In this document: positions 1 through 7,831 of the stretch, in pieces
Layout: every line of letters begins with the position of its first letter
Numbering within the stretch: the first letter of the stretch is position 1
Origin: a bacterium
GTDB taxonomy: Bacteria > DUMJ01
Length of the DNA: 32,153 nucleotides
Assembly: GCA_049970495.1 (NCBI GenBank)
Contig: JBMFMV010000013.1
Span: 1 to 32,153, forward strand
Direction of reading: 5' to 3'
Notes under the pieces: model-generated
Told to the model about the DNA's origin: nothing
Database searches by the model: none
Seen by the model: only the letters and a program-made list of their open reading frames with translations
Program-made: the position numbers and the translations under genes

Positions 1-117
1 AATCCGACTTCTGTTTTCTAGTTCTCTTACAACTAATGCGGGAAGCGATGTATACGGAATTCTCATCCAAACCGTTTCAGGAGGATAAATTGGAAATGGA
101 GGAATAAAAGTTAGTGA
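1..117 (-). pseudogene. Internal fragment of an unrelated protein (LTFIPPFPIYPPETVWMRIPYTSLPALVVRELENRSRI...), resembling the C-terminal part of hypothetical glycosyl hydrolase 6-like proteins; runs off the window edge
   Basis: The minus-strand frame is open from 144 to position 1 and is not permease-like after about 117. The FPIYPPETxWMR motif is recalled from putative GHL6/beta-galactosidase-trimerization-domain proteins (not searched). No start codon or RBS of its own. Confidence 0.4.
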
Positions 118-844
118 GGCAGTAAACATGCTTTGGAAAGCAGCTTATTATACCGGTAATAAGCGAAAAGAAGATAGTAGGAGTAAGCATTGGTAAAGTA
201 ATTGATCTGAATTTATTCCACGAACTAGCACCATCTATTTCAGCTGCTTCATATAGTTCTTCAGGGATTCCTTGCAAGCCGGCTAGAAAAATCACATATC
301 TTTGTCCGATAATTCCCCATACCGCCATAATTATTAAAGATGGCATTACCCACTTTGGGTCACCTAACCAACTAGGACCTTCGATGCCAATCTTATCCAA
401 TAGGTTATTTATAAGTCCATATCTAACATCATAAATGGACCTCCATACTATTGCTACGGCAACTCCTGCAGTGACAGAAGGAAGATAATAAAGTACTCTA
501 TATATAGTTATTCCTTTAATTTTTTGATTCAAAAGAACTGCAACTAAGATTCCTACAATTATACTGATAGGCACACTGCCTACCATGAAATAAACAGTAT
601 TCCATAAGGATTTGTAAAATAATGAATCTTCCATAAATATCTTCCTAAAGTTTTCAATTCCTATAAACTTAGCAGGAGTAATTATGTCATATCTAGTAAA
701 TGCGAGTACGAAAGAGCTAATCATAGGTCCTAATTGAAAGGCTAGCATTCCTATTATCCAAGGTAAGATAAATATAAAACCATCTAAACGGTACTTATAC
801 CAAGCTCTAGCAAATTTTTGCTTATTCAAATAGATCTTTGGCAC
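77..844 (-). pseudogene. Carbohydrate ABC transporter permease (MalF/UgpA type), frameshifted and 3'-truncated
   Basis: FILPWIIG, FIGIENF, WLGDP and the EAA loop LYEAAEIDGA are present. The ORF degenerates after GII. Removing one base at about 145 restores GIIAAFQSMFT, but the usual C-terminal segment (TxGGP...last TM) is missing. Confidence 0.8.
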
Positions 845-856
845 ACCCTCACCCCC

Positions 857-2527
857 CTACTCAAACTCTCTGATCTTATCTAACGCTGGACCCATAGAGC
901 AGTCTGTGTATCTTTCTACTATGATATCTATCAGAGCAGGTCTACCAGATTCTACTGCCCTTTTGAATGCTAATTTTATATCTTCTGGTTTCTTGACCCT
1001 TTCTGCATAACAACCAAATGCCTCGGCGTATTTTACAAAGTCTACCATATAGCCATCGTACCAGAGTTCTACTCCATATTCGTATCCATAACCATACTTT
1101 TGATTCTGACGAATTAGACTTAAGTACCCATTATTTACTACTATGACTATTATTGGTATCTTATACTGACATGCCATTGCCAATTCTTCTCCCATAAAAA
1201 GTAGTCCTCCGTCCCCCACAATAGCTACCACTGTCTTATCTGGCTTAGCTACTTTAGCCCCAATAGCTGCTGGAACCTCATACCCTAGAGTTCCTGCCCC
1301 TCCTGAAGGTAAGTAATGTCTTGGTTTTGATATCTCTTGAAATTGTCCAGACCAAATCTGTACTAGACCACAACCTGTGGTAAATATTGTATCTTCGTTG
1401 AAGAACTCGTTAATTTCTTTAAAGACCCTCTGTGGCTTTATAGGAATATTGTCAAAGTCTAATTTCCTCTTTAGTTCTTCTCTAAGTTTTGGGATATTCT
1501 TTACCCACTCTGTTGGCTCTCTTTTCTGTATATCATCTTTAGCTGCAGCTATCAAAGCCTGCAATGCTAATTTTGCATCTGATACTATTCCTAATTCTGT
1601 AGGTATTATCCTGCCGATTTGGGTTGGCTCTATGTCTATATGAATAAACTTTCTATTGCCTATGTATGTCTTTAGCTCTCCTGTATGCCTATCACTAAAT
1701 CTGCATCCTATACCTAGGACTAGGTCAGACTCTAAGAATATCTTATTCCCCTCCGGTGTATTACACTGTATGCCTACTTGCCCTCCATATAGAGGATGGC
1801 TTGGAGGAAAACTTCCCTTTCCCATATAGGTAGTTAATACTGGGATCTGTAAGTATTTAGCGAACTCTTTTAACTCTTCTGTTGCATCAGCTAGGATAAC
1901 TCCTCCACCTGAAAGGATAATAGGTCTTTCAGCTGAGAGAATCAGACTAATAGCCTTTTCTATAGCTTTTATATCAGGGGATGGTTTACAAATTGGTAAA
2001 CTTCTATCTATAGATGGATCATAATTAATCTCTGACTGTTGGACGTCTAGTGGGAGGTCTATCAAAACTGGACCAGGTCTACCTTCTCTTGCTATTTTAA
2101 AGGCTTTTCTTAGTATCCCTGGAACCTGATTAGGCTCTGTAATATACCAGGCTTTTTTAACTATAGAACTTGCGATCTGAGTTATATCAACACATTGGAA
2201 AGATTCTTTACCAAGCTGAGCCCTTACGTTTTGTCCTGTAATAGCGATTAGAGGTATAGAGTCTATCTGAGCAGTGTAAAGCCCTGTTACAAAGTTAGTA
2301 GCAGCTGGTCCTGAGGTACATACAGCAAGAGCCATCTTACCACTTGCTCTAAAATAGCCATCTGCAGCATGGACAGCTCCTTCTTCATGTCTTGCAGTGT
2401 AATGTTTTATTTTAGTGGACTTACTTAAGTACTCATATAGAGAGTTTATAGAGGCTCCTGGAATTCCAAATGCGGTATCTATACCTTCATCTTCCAATAT
2501 CTTAACTATTACTTCACTTACCTTCAT
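857..2527 (-). CDS. gcl: Glyoxylate carboligase-like ThDP-dependent enzyme (AHAS/Gcl family)
   Basis: Gcl-like segments AFGIPGASIN, TSGPAAT, GRPGPVLIDLPLDVQ, RHTG, HIDIEPTQIGR, LGIVSDAK, PIKPQRV, NNGYLSLIRQ; ThDP motif GDG...NN. Confidence 0.8.
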   Translation of the reverse strand: MKVSEVIVKILEDEGIDTAFGIPGASINSLYEYLSKSTKIKHYTARHEEGAVHAADGYFRASGKMALAVCTSGPAATNFVTGLYTAQIDSIPLIAITGQNVRAQLGKESFQCVDITQIASSIVKKAWYITEPNQVPGILRKAFKIAREGRPGPVLIDLPLDVQQSEINYDPSIDRSLPICKPSPDIKAIEKAISLILSAERPIILSGGGVILADATEELKEFAKYLQIPVLTTYMGKGSFPPSHPLYGGQVGIQCNTPEGNKIFLESDLVLGIGCRFSDRHTGELKTYIGNRKFIHIDIEPTQIGRIIPTELGIVSDAKLALQALIAAAKDDIQKREPTEWVKNIPKLREELKRKLDFDNIPIKPQRVFKEINEFFNEDTIFTTGCGLVQIWSGQFQEISKPRHYLPSGGAGTLGYEVPAAIGAKVAKPDKTVVAIVGDGGLLFMGEELAMACQYKIPIIVIVVNNGYLSLIRQNQKYGYGYEYGVELWYDGYMVDFVKYAEAFGCYAERVKKPEDIKLAFKRAVESGRPALIDIIVERYTDCSMGPALDKIREFE

Positions 2528-3309
2528 TTAGACAACACTTCCTCTCTTTTTAGATTTTCTCCTTTAAGTAATCTAGATATCTCTTGAGAAGCTTTAAGAA
2601 CTAGGGGTATATATTCTGAAATCTTATCATCTGTAAGTCTTACTGAAGGTCCACTTATACTTATAGCGGCTATCACTTCTTTCCCGAGGAATAATGGTGC
2701 AGATACACATCTAATTCCTATCTCACATTCTTCTAAATCTAGAGCATAACCCATTTCTCTTACTCGCTGTAATTCCTCTAGAAGGTCATTTAGGTTAGTT
2801 ATAGTATTAGGAGTAAGTTTATACATACCCAGTTTATTTACTATTCTTATTATCTCTTGAGTATCCTTCCAAGCTAAGATACACTTACCTACCCCCGTAG
2901 CATACATGGGAGCTTTTCTACCAATCATATGAGTTATTCTAAGAGGATTTGGACTATCAACCCTTTCGATATAGACAACTTCTCCATTTTCTTCCATTAC
3001 AAGGTTTGAAGTCTCTCCTGTCCTCTCGGTAAGTTCTTCTAAGAAGGGTCTAACTATCTTTATAAGAGGCAATTGGCGTCTTACCTGATTCCCAAGATAT
3101 AGAAGTTTTAGTCCTAGAGAGTATGAACGAGTAACAGGGTCTTTATTTACGAAGCCAAGCTCAGTAAGGGTATTCATTACTCTATAGAGAGAGCTTAGAG
3201 GGATACCAGATAACTTAGCCAATTGGTTTATAGTTAACGGAGCACTATCATTTCCAATTATTTCTAATATTGTTAAAGCTTTTTCTAATAAAGGAACTTT
3301 GTTACTCAT
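2524..3309 (-). CDS. IclR family transcriptional regulator
   Basis: N-terminal HTH (LEKALTILE...SSLYRVMNTL...YSLG) and IclR effector domain (ATGVGK, GYALDLEECEIGIRCVSAP, AAISISGP); ATGA overlap with gcl; GAGGAG RBS. Confidence 0.95.
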   Translation of the reverse strand: MSNKVPLLEKALTILEIIGNDSAPLTINQLAKLSGIPLSSLYRVMNTLTELGFVNKDPVTRSYSLGLKLLYLGNQVRRQLPLIKIVRPFLEELTERTGETSNLVMEENGEVVYIERVDSPNPLRITHMIGRKAPMYATGVGKCILAWKDTQEIIRIVNKLGMYKLTPNTITNLNDLLEELQRVREMGYALDLEECEIGIRCVSAPLFLGKEVIAAISISGPSVRLTDDKISEYIPLVLKASQEISRLLKGENLKREEVLSK

Positions 3310-3338
3310 ATACTTATAGCTCCTCTATTTTTGAGAAA

Positions 3339-3368
3339 ATTTTGTCATATAAGTAAACAGTGTGTCAA
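3339..3368 (-). promoter_or_regulatory. Putative sigma70 promoter for the iclR-gcl-permease operon
   Basis: Minus strand TTGACA (3368-3363), 18 bp spacer, TG-n-CAAAAT extended -10 (3344-3339). Confidence 0.55.
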
Positions 3369-3380
3369 TATGATAATAAA

Positions 3381-3396
3381 TTCTCAAATATGAGAA
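3381..3396. promoter_or_regulatory. Palindrome TTCTCA-AATA-TGAGAA, candidate IclR operator
   Basis: Perfect 6-bp inverted repeat just upstream of the -35; a further TTTGAGAA half-site lies at about 3330-3337, downstream of the -10. Confidence 0.5.
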
Positions 3397-3570
3397 AAGA
3401 AAAATCCGATGTCTAAATTAGACCTATAAAGGATATCAAATCGGAAAATGGTTAGATATACTTAAATTCTCTAGAAATCCTATATAATATTGTGGTAACA
3501 ACTTCAAACCTTTAGAATTAAAGAAGCTTTGTCTAAAAATGCCACTTTATCTCCTTTATATATCCTTTTC

Positions 3571-3849
3571 CTATCTAATCCCTTTCTTTCTCTTTACTCT
3601 CTCCCAAAGGGGTTTCCAATCATTCTCTTCAACTAATCCTATGTCTTGGAGGATATGTAGAGTTGCTTCTAGTTTTCCACGTTCTCCAAGAAAAGATTCA
3701 GCAGCTCTTACTAGGTCCATATTGTGACCTGTAAAACCATGCCCCAAACCTTTTATCTGGGAACTAGCATCTATAAGACTATGTAAAGCTGGCGTTGCCC
3801 AACCTAAAAGAGCCTTTGAAGCCCTTATATGGTCTATGTTTTTAGGCAT
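3571..3849 (-). CDS. Small His-rich hypothetical protein, possibly metal-binding (DUF6915-like pattern)
   Basis: 92 aa; H-x3-S-x4-G, LHxxID, GHxxxGH, LHILQDIG...DW pattern; starts 7 nt after the upstream gene. Confidence 0.65.
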   Translation of the reverse strand: MPKNIDHIRASKALLGWATPALHSLIDASSQIKGLGHGFTGHNMDLVRAAESFLGERGKLEATLHILQDIGLVEENDWKPLWERVKRKKGIR

Positions 3850-3856
3850 TTAACTA

Positions 3857-4165
3857 CTATTTTTTCTCTTCACCCTTAGTAAAGAGTTTTATTACATCAT
3901 CTAACATGAGTCCAGGTATTTGATTTGCCTTTTCCAATACGTCTGCCACTGTTCCAATCCATCTCTGCCAAAGAGCCTGCATCTGAGCATCGCTTATTGG
4001 TGGAGTAACTGCTCCTTTACCCTTAGTAGTTGTCTCTTCTTCTCCTGTTCCAGCAACAAATAAGTTTGAGGGTTTAGTATCTCTTATGTATCTAACCACA
4101 GCATCTAAAGTCTGCATTGCTGCTATTCTTCGTTCTTCCATCTCTCTCATTATCTCTCTATCCAT
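3857..4165 (-). CDS. Hypothetical protein (102 aa)
   Basis: Strong AAGGGGAG RBS before ATG, plausible composition; no family recognised. Confidence 0.75.
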   Translation of the reverse strand: MDREIMREMEERRIAAMQTLDAVVRYIRDTKPSNLFVAGTGEEETTTKGKGAVTPPISDAQMQALWQRWIGTVADVLEKANQIPGLMLDDVIKLFTKGEEKK

Positions 4166-4200
4166 TTAGATCTCCCCTTTCGTTTAGAGTTTTTATACTA

Positions 4201-4225
4201 CAATTATAACATGTAGCTATAATTG
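4201..4225. promoter_or_regulatory. Inverted repeat CAATTATA-N9-TATAATTG overlapping an extended -10 (TGtTATAAT on the minus strand)
   Basis: Direct reading; each arm contains a TATAAT, one per strand; about 35 nt upstream of the 102-aa ORF. Confidence 0.45.
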
Positions 4226-4308
4226 GGTGATTATTTCAATCCTAGTTGATAGGAGAAATAACTAGAGAAAAATTCTATGGAGGATTCTAAGATTTGGGAC
4301 AATAGACT

Positions 4309-4337
4309 CTCGGAGGGCTTAGCCCTCCGAGTTTTTT
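4309..4337. terminator. Rho-independent terminator-like hairpin
   Basis: 10-bp stem CTCGGAGGGC/GCCCTCCGAG with a 3-nt loop, just after the GH63-like stop; the T6 tract is on the plus strand. Confidence 0.75.
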
Positions 4338-4344
4338 ATAGAGA

Positions 4345-6039
4345 CTAATATGAATATTCATATGTTAGAGCCAGGAATACGCTAGAAGTCCACGTGTAGG
4401 CTTTGTCACGAAGTCCTTCTCCTGTTAGGGCATCATAATTTTCAGCAAAACCACTCTTAGAACATAGATTGGCAAATTTTAATGCTATATCCTTAGCTAA
4501 AGCCTCCTCTCCTGATTCTTTTAGCCCGTCTATTATAAGCATTGTTGATGGTGCCCAAATAGGACCACGCCAGTATCCATCTGACTCATAGTATGGACTT
4601 TTGATACCCTCTGTTGCTAGCCCATATTTAGTTATCATATCTCCTTCTTTTAATCTACTTATTAGGTTCTCTAGCACCTTTTGAGGAAGTCTCTTAGCTA
4701 ATAGAATCGGTATAAAAAGTAATAGGCTTTGTGATTCTATTTGTTTATGAGTCCCAGATTGGAGGGCTACTAGTCTATCATCTCTAAGCGAATGCTTTAA
4801 TAGTTTATCTAGTAAGTTATATGACTTTTCTTTCCACATTTTTGCTTCTGATTTTCTTCTCAGTCTATTTGCTATATCTGAAAGTACCTCCATCTGAATT
4901 ACTAAGAATGTACTTAGGTCAGGGCTTTCTATCGGTGGTCTTTCTATAAATACAGTACTATTGTCCCAACCTGAATCATTCCCATGGTTATACTGAGGGA
5001 TTCCGTCATTGTCATAGTCTCTATAGTTGAGCCACCAGTTTGTCCATCTGCAAAGTGGTTCATATATCTCCAATAGCTTCTCATTATCTATATAGTCTGT
5101 ATTTTCCATCATCTTCTTCAGTGCCCATCCATGGATGGGGGGTTTGGAGAAGTTCCATACTAGCAGATAATCATTAATGCTATCTGGTATAGCTCCATTT
5201 TTATCCTGATGATCAAACATTACCATAAGCTGGTCCCATGCAAGTTCTGGATTTTTATAGCTTAAAGCAATGGCATTGAAGCAATGGTCCCAACTCCATA
5301 TATTGGTCATCCAGTTTTTAGACATAAGCATACCAGGTCTTTTTATCAATCCATTGGGCTCTACAACACAGGACCAATCTATATAACCCGCTAACTCTCT
5401 AGCCTGAGAGAATTCTTCTGGAACTTCAGGCATCTTATTGAGAAAGCTTTTATACTCTTCCTTAACTCTATTCATCCCTTTTTCAAAATCCTCATAAGAA
5501 TGGGGAATCCAGGAACTATAAAATTCTTCTATAGCGCATTCAAAACCTGTATTGTCTGGTAATATGTCTATCTGAAGCGATTTACATCTAAGTCCGTCCC
5601 AAGGTGCATCTATATTTAACTTTCCCTTTAATGAGGTAAGTATCAACTGTACTCTGCTTCCAAATGTGTTTATTATCCACAGATCCCCTTCATATGGTAT
5701 GGCATTATCGAAAGCAGATGCCCTGTTGGAAGATAGTCTCAGTCCTACCCCCTCCCCTTTAAATCTAATAATCTTTGGTTCTGGAATACATATCTCAACA
5801 TACCCTTCTTTTGCTTCTAATCGAAGTTTTTCAGGTGATGCTTTAATTTCAAAAGGGACGGAGGAGTCTCCTTTAATAAGATCTATAGTCATCATCTCTT
5901 TTGACATTGCATCACCATGTACAGTTCTAAGATAAAGTCCAGGTGGTACACTTGTAAGCCTAAAATGTTCTGTTATCTTTGAAAAGGCAAAATATGATCC
6001 ATATCGGCTGAAGGGTACTTGTTCTAGATTAAAATTCAT
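4345..6039 (-). CDS. GH63/MGH1-like (alpha/alpha)6 glycoside hydrolase
   Basis: Motifs WSWDHCF, KPPIHGW, DSGWDNS, YWRGPIW, ENYD..TG, YTWTSS; GGAGGTG RBS; no signal peptide. Confidence 0.85.
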   Translation of the reverse strand: MNFNLEQVPFSRYGSYFAFSKITEHFRLTSVPPGLYLRTVHGDAMSKEMMTIDLIKGDSSVPFEIKASPEKLRLEAKEGYVEICIPEPKIIRFKGEGVGLRLSSNRASAFDNAIPYEGDLWIINTFGSRVQLILTSLKGKLNIDAPWDGLRCKSLQIDILPDNTGFECAIEEFYSSWIPHSYEDFEKGMNRVKEEYKSFLNKMPEVPEEFSQARELAGYIDWSCVVEPNGLIKRPGMLMSKNWMTNIWSWDHCFNAIALSYKNPELAWDQLMVMFDHQDKNGAIPDSINDYLLVWNFSKPPIHGWALKKMMENTDYIDNEKLLEIYEPLCRWTNWWLNYRDYDNDGIPQYNHGNDSGWDNSTVFIERPPIESPDLSTFLVIQMEVLSDIANRLRRKSEAKMWKEKSYNLLDKLLKHSLRDDRLVALQSGTHKQIESQSLLLFIPILLAKRLPQKVLENLISRLKEGDMITKYGLATEGIKSPYYESDGYWRGPIWAPSTMLIIDGLKESGEEALAKDIALKFANLCSKSGFAENYDALTGEGLRDKAYTWTSSVFLALTYEYSY

Positions 6040-6067
6040 GCTTTCACCTCCAAAATATTATAAACTT

Positions 6068-7768
6068 TTAAAAATCTAGATAATTTAAAACCCAGGTGGA
6101 GATTTTAGGATTAAAATCGGATTCTATGTTAAATTTAACATTTATCTTTAAAGATTTATCCTTGTTGAGTTTTCTAGCATCATATAATACATTCATCCAT
6201 GAACAACCTGACCAGACAGCTCTATTTGGTTCCCAGTTGTACATAGGGATCTCTAATCCATCTTGATAAGCAGAGATAGATATTTGATCTTGAATAGCAG
6301 GTTCTTTACCTTTTTGTCCATCCTTTTGGGCTTTAAGTCTGAGAGCAGTATCATTTTGGAATATCTGTACTATGACCCTTAAATATTGAACATCCATTGG
6401 ATTCCAGAATCCTTCAAGTTCATCCCTAGATATTCTATGAAATACTATATTGGCATTCTTCTCCTCTACAGGCACAGGCTCATCTTCACATTCCCCTAGT
6501 TCGGGTTGTTCTGCAATCTCTCCTAAACCTAATAATGCCATCTGCTCTGGAGCTAACATCAAAAAGAGTCTATCTAAAGAGATTTCTATATCTAGATTAC
6601 TTCCAGCATCTTTAAATAAAACTTTAACCTTTTTGATCCCAGGAAGATGTAAATCTACAAGTTGAGCTACTGGAGATGAATTTACAAGAGCCAATGCCCC
6701 CTTTGTTGCCCCTCCAAGGAGAAATCCGTGCCAAGGGTCTCTTAATGGAATTCCTATCAAAGATGTTTCTAAACCAGAATTATATAAAGAGAAAAAGAGT
6801 TCCATACTTGATTTGAGAAACTCTATATCTGAATCATCTAATAAATGTAAATTCCCATAGAGATGTGCCTTTTTACTCCCCCTTATTAGTGTCATTATCC
6901 AAGATCTCTTCCAAGATTTCTTCCCAAGATAGTAGATAGTATTAGTATTACCTATCATGCAACCATGGTCATCTATCCTATATAGAGGAAGCCCGGAATA
7001 GTTAAATTTATAGACCATATGATCTTGATAAAGATCAACTGATCTTCTGAAAGAGATACAAGGTGTATCTGCAGGCCTTGGGTCTCCAGAATACATATAG
7101 TCAAAGACTTCTAGCCAAGAAGGATCTATCCCTTTTCTTATAGGATAAGAAGTATTCCCTATATACCTCGGTATTAACTCGTAGCCATTATAGGCTAGTA
7201 TGACCGCTTCAGGGCAAAGTGATTTAAACCTTCTGAGTACATCTTTAAGAGCATTAGTATTCTTTAGATATATCTTGTCTTCAGTAAGTTTTCCTTCTAA
7301 CCTAGGAGTTACTGCTCTAAAATTAGCAAAATCTAGCTTAAACATCCTTATTCCCCATTCTCTATAGGCATAAATAAGGGCATCTAAGAAACCATCTTTA
7401 TATGGCCCATCAAATAGACAATAACTTCTACCATCTGTAGATAAACTCTCCTTCCATGCTTCATTTTTAGGAGAGGTGAAGCCATTTACGTCAAACCACA
7501 GACCTGGCTTCATACCTAATTCTTCTATGATTTCTTTTACTCTTTTAAATCCATTAGGCCAGTGTGTCTTTTTAAATTGTTTATAATCCCCGTTAGGGTC
7601 AAACCAAAATGCATCAAATAGATAGTAGTCAAAAGTAACACCTTTTTCTTTCCAATATTTGAGTGTATCTAATACTTCTAAGGTCATCTTTTCATCTAAC
7701 TCTATATTATCTCCAAGTTCATCATGTAAACCCCAGTCGCAATAAACAGAAAAAGGTCGCTTTAACAT
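6068..7768 (-). CDS. Putative clan GH-D (GH36/GH27-like) TIM-barrel glycoside hydrolase
   Basis: YLFDAFWF, WPNGF, GMKPGLWF and GIRMFKLDF match alpha-galactosidase-type barrel motifs. Start moved to ATG 7768, which follows GGAGGTG. Confidence 0.6.
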   Translation of the reverse strand: MLKRPFSVYCDWGLHDELGDNIELDEKMTLEVLDTLKYWKEKGVTFDYYLFDAFWFDPNGDYKQFKKTHWPNGFKRVKEIIEELGMKPGLWFDVNGFTSPKNEAWKESLSTDGRSYCLFDGPYKDGFLDALIYAYREWGIRMFKLDFANFRAVTPRLEGKLTEDKIYLKNTNALKDVLRRFKSLCPEAVILAYNGYELIPRYIGNTSYPIRKGIDPSWLEVFDYMYSGDPRPADTPCISFRRSVDLYQDHMVYKFNYSGLPLYRIDDHGCMIGNTNTIYYLGKKSWKRSWIMTLIRGSKKAHLYGNLHLLDDSDIEFLKSSMELFFSLYNSGLETSLIGIPLRDPWHGFLLGGATKGALALVNSSPVAQLVDLHLPGIKKVKVLFKDAGSNLDIEISLDRLFLMLAPEQMALLGLGEIAEQPELGECEDEPVPVEEKNANIVFHRISRDELEGFWNPMDVQYLRVIVQIFQNDTALRLKAQKDGQKGKEPAIQDQISISAYQDGLEIPMYNWEPNRAVWSGCSWMNVLYDARKLNKDKSLKINVKFNIESDFNPKISTWVLNYLDF

Positions 7769-7784
7769 ATTTTTCACCTCCAAT

Positions 7785-7813
7785 AAAAATGGGAGGGGTA
7801 GTTACCCCTCCCA
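7785..7813 (-). terminator. Terminator/mRNA-stabilising hairpin after the solute-binding protein gene
   Basis: TGGGAGGGGTA/TACCCCTCCCA inverted repeat (7790-7813) followed by T5 on the minus strand. Confidence 0.8.
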
Positions 7814-7831
7814 AGAGTTACATATAAGAAT

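Noticed and set aside
1377..1643. 88-aa plus-strand ORF; likewise 5666-5935, 6450-6665 and 8888-9166
   Set aside because: Antisense shadows inside well-supported minus-strand genes; no RBS or recognisable motifs.
3405..3445. Branched inverted repeats (TCCGAT/ATCGGA enclosing GTCTA/TAGAC) as a structured RNA
   Set aside because: Short AT-rich stems; at most a weak terminator for the two-gene module.
3539..3727. 62-aa plus-strand ORF with a hydrophobic N-terminus (possible type I toxin)
   Set aside because: Antisense to the 92-aa gene; the hydrophobicity comes from the complement of a purine-rich tract; no RBS.
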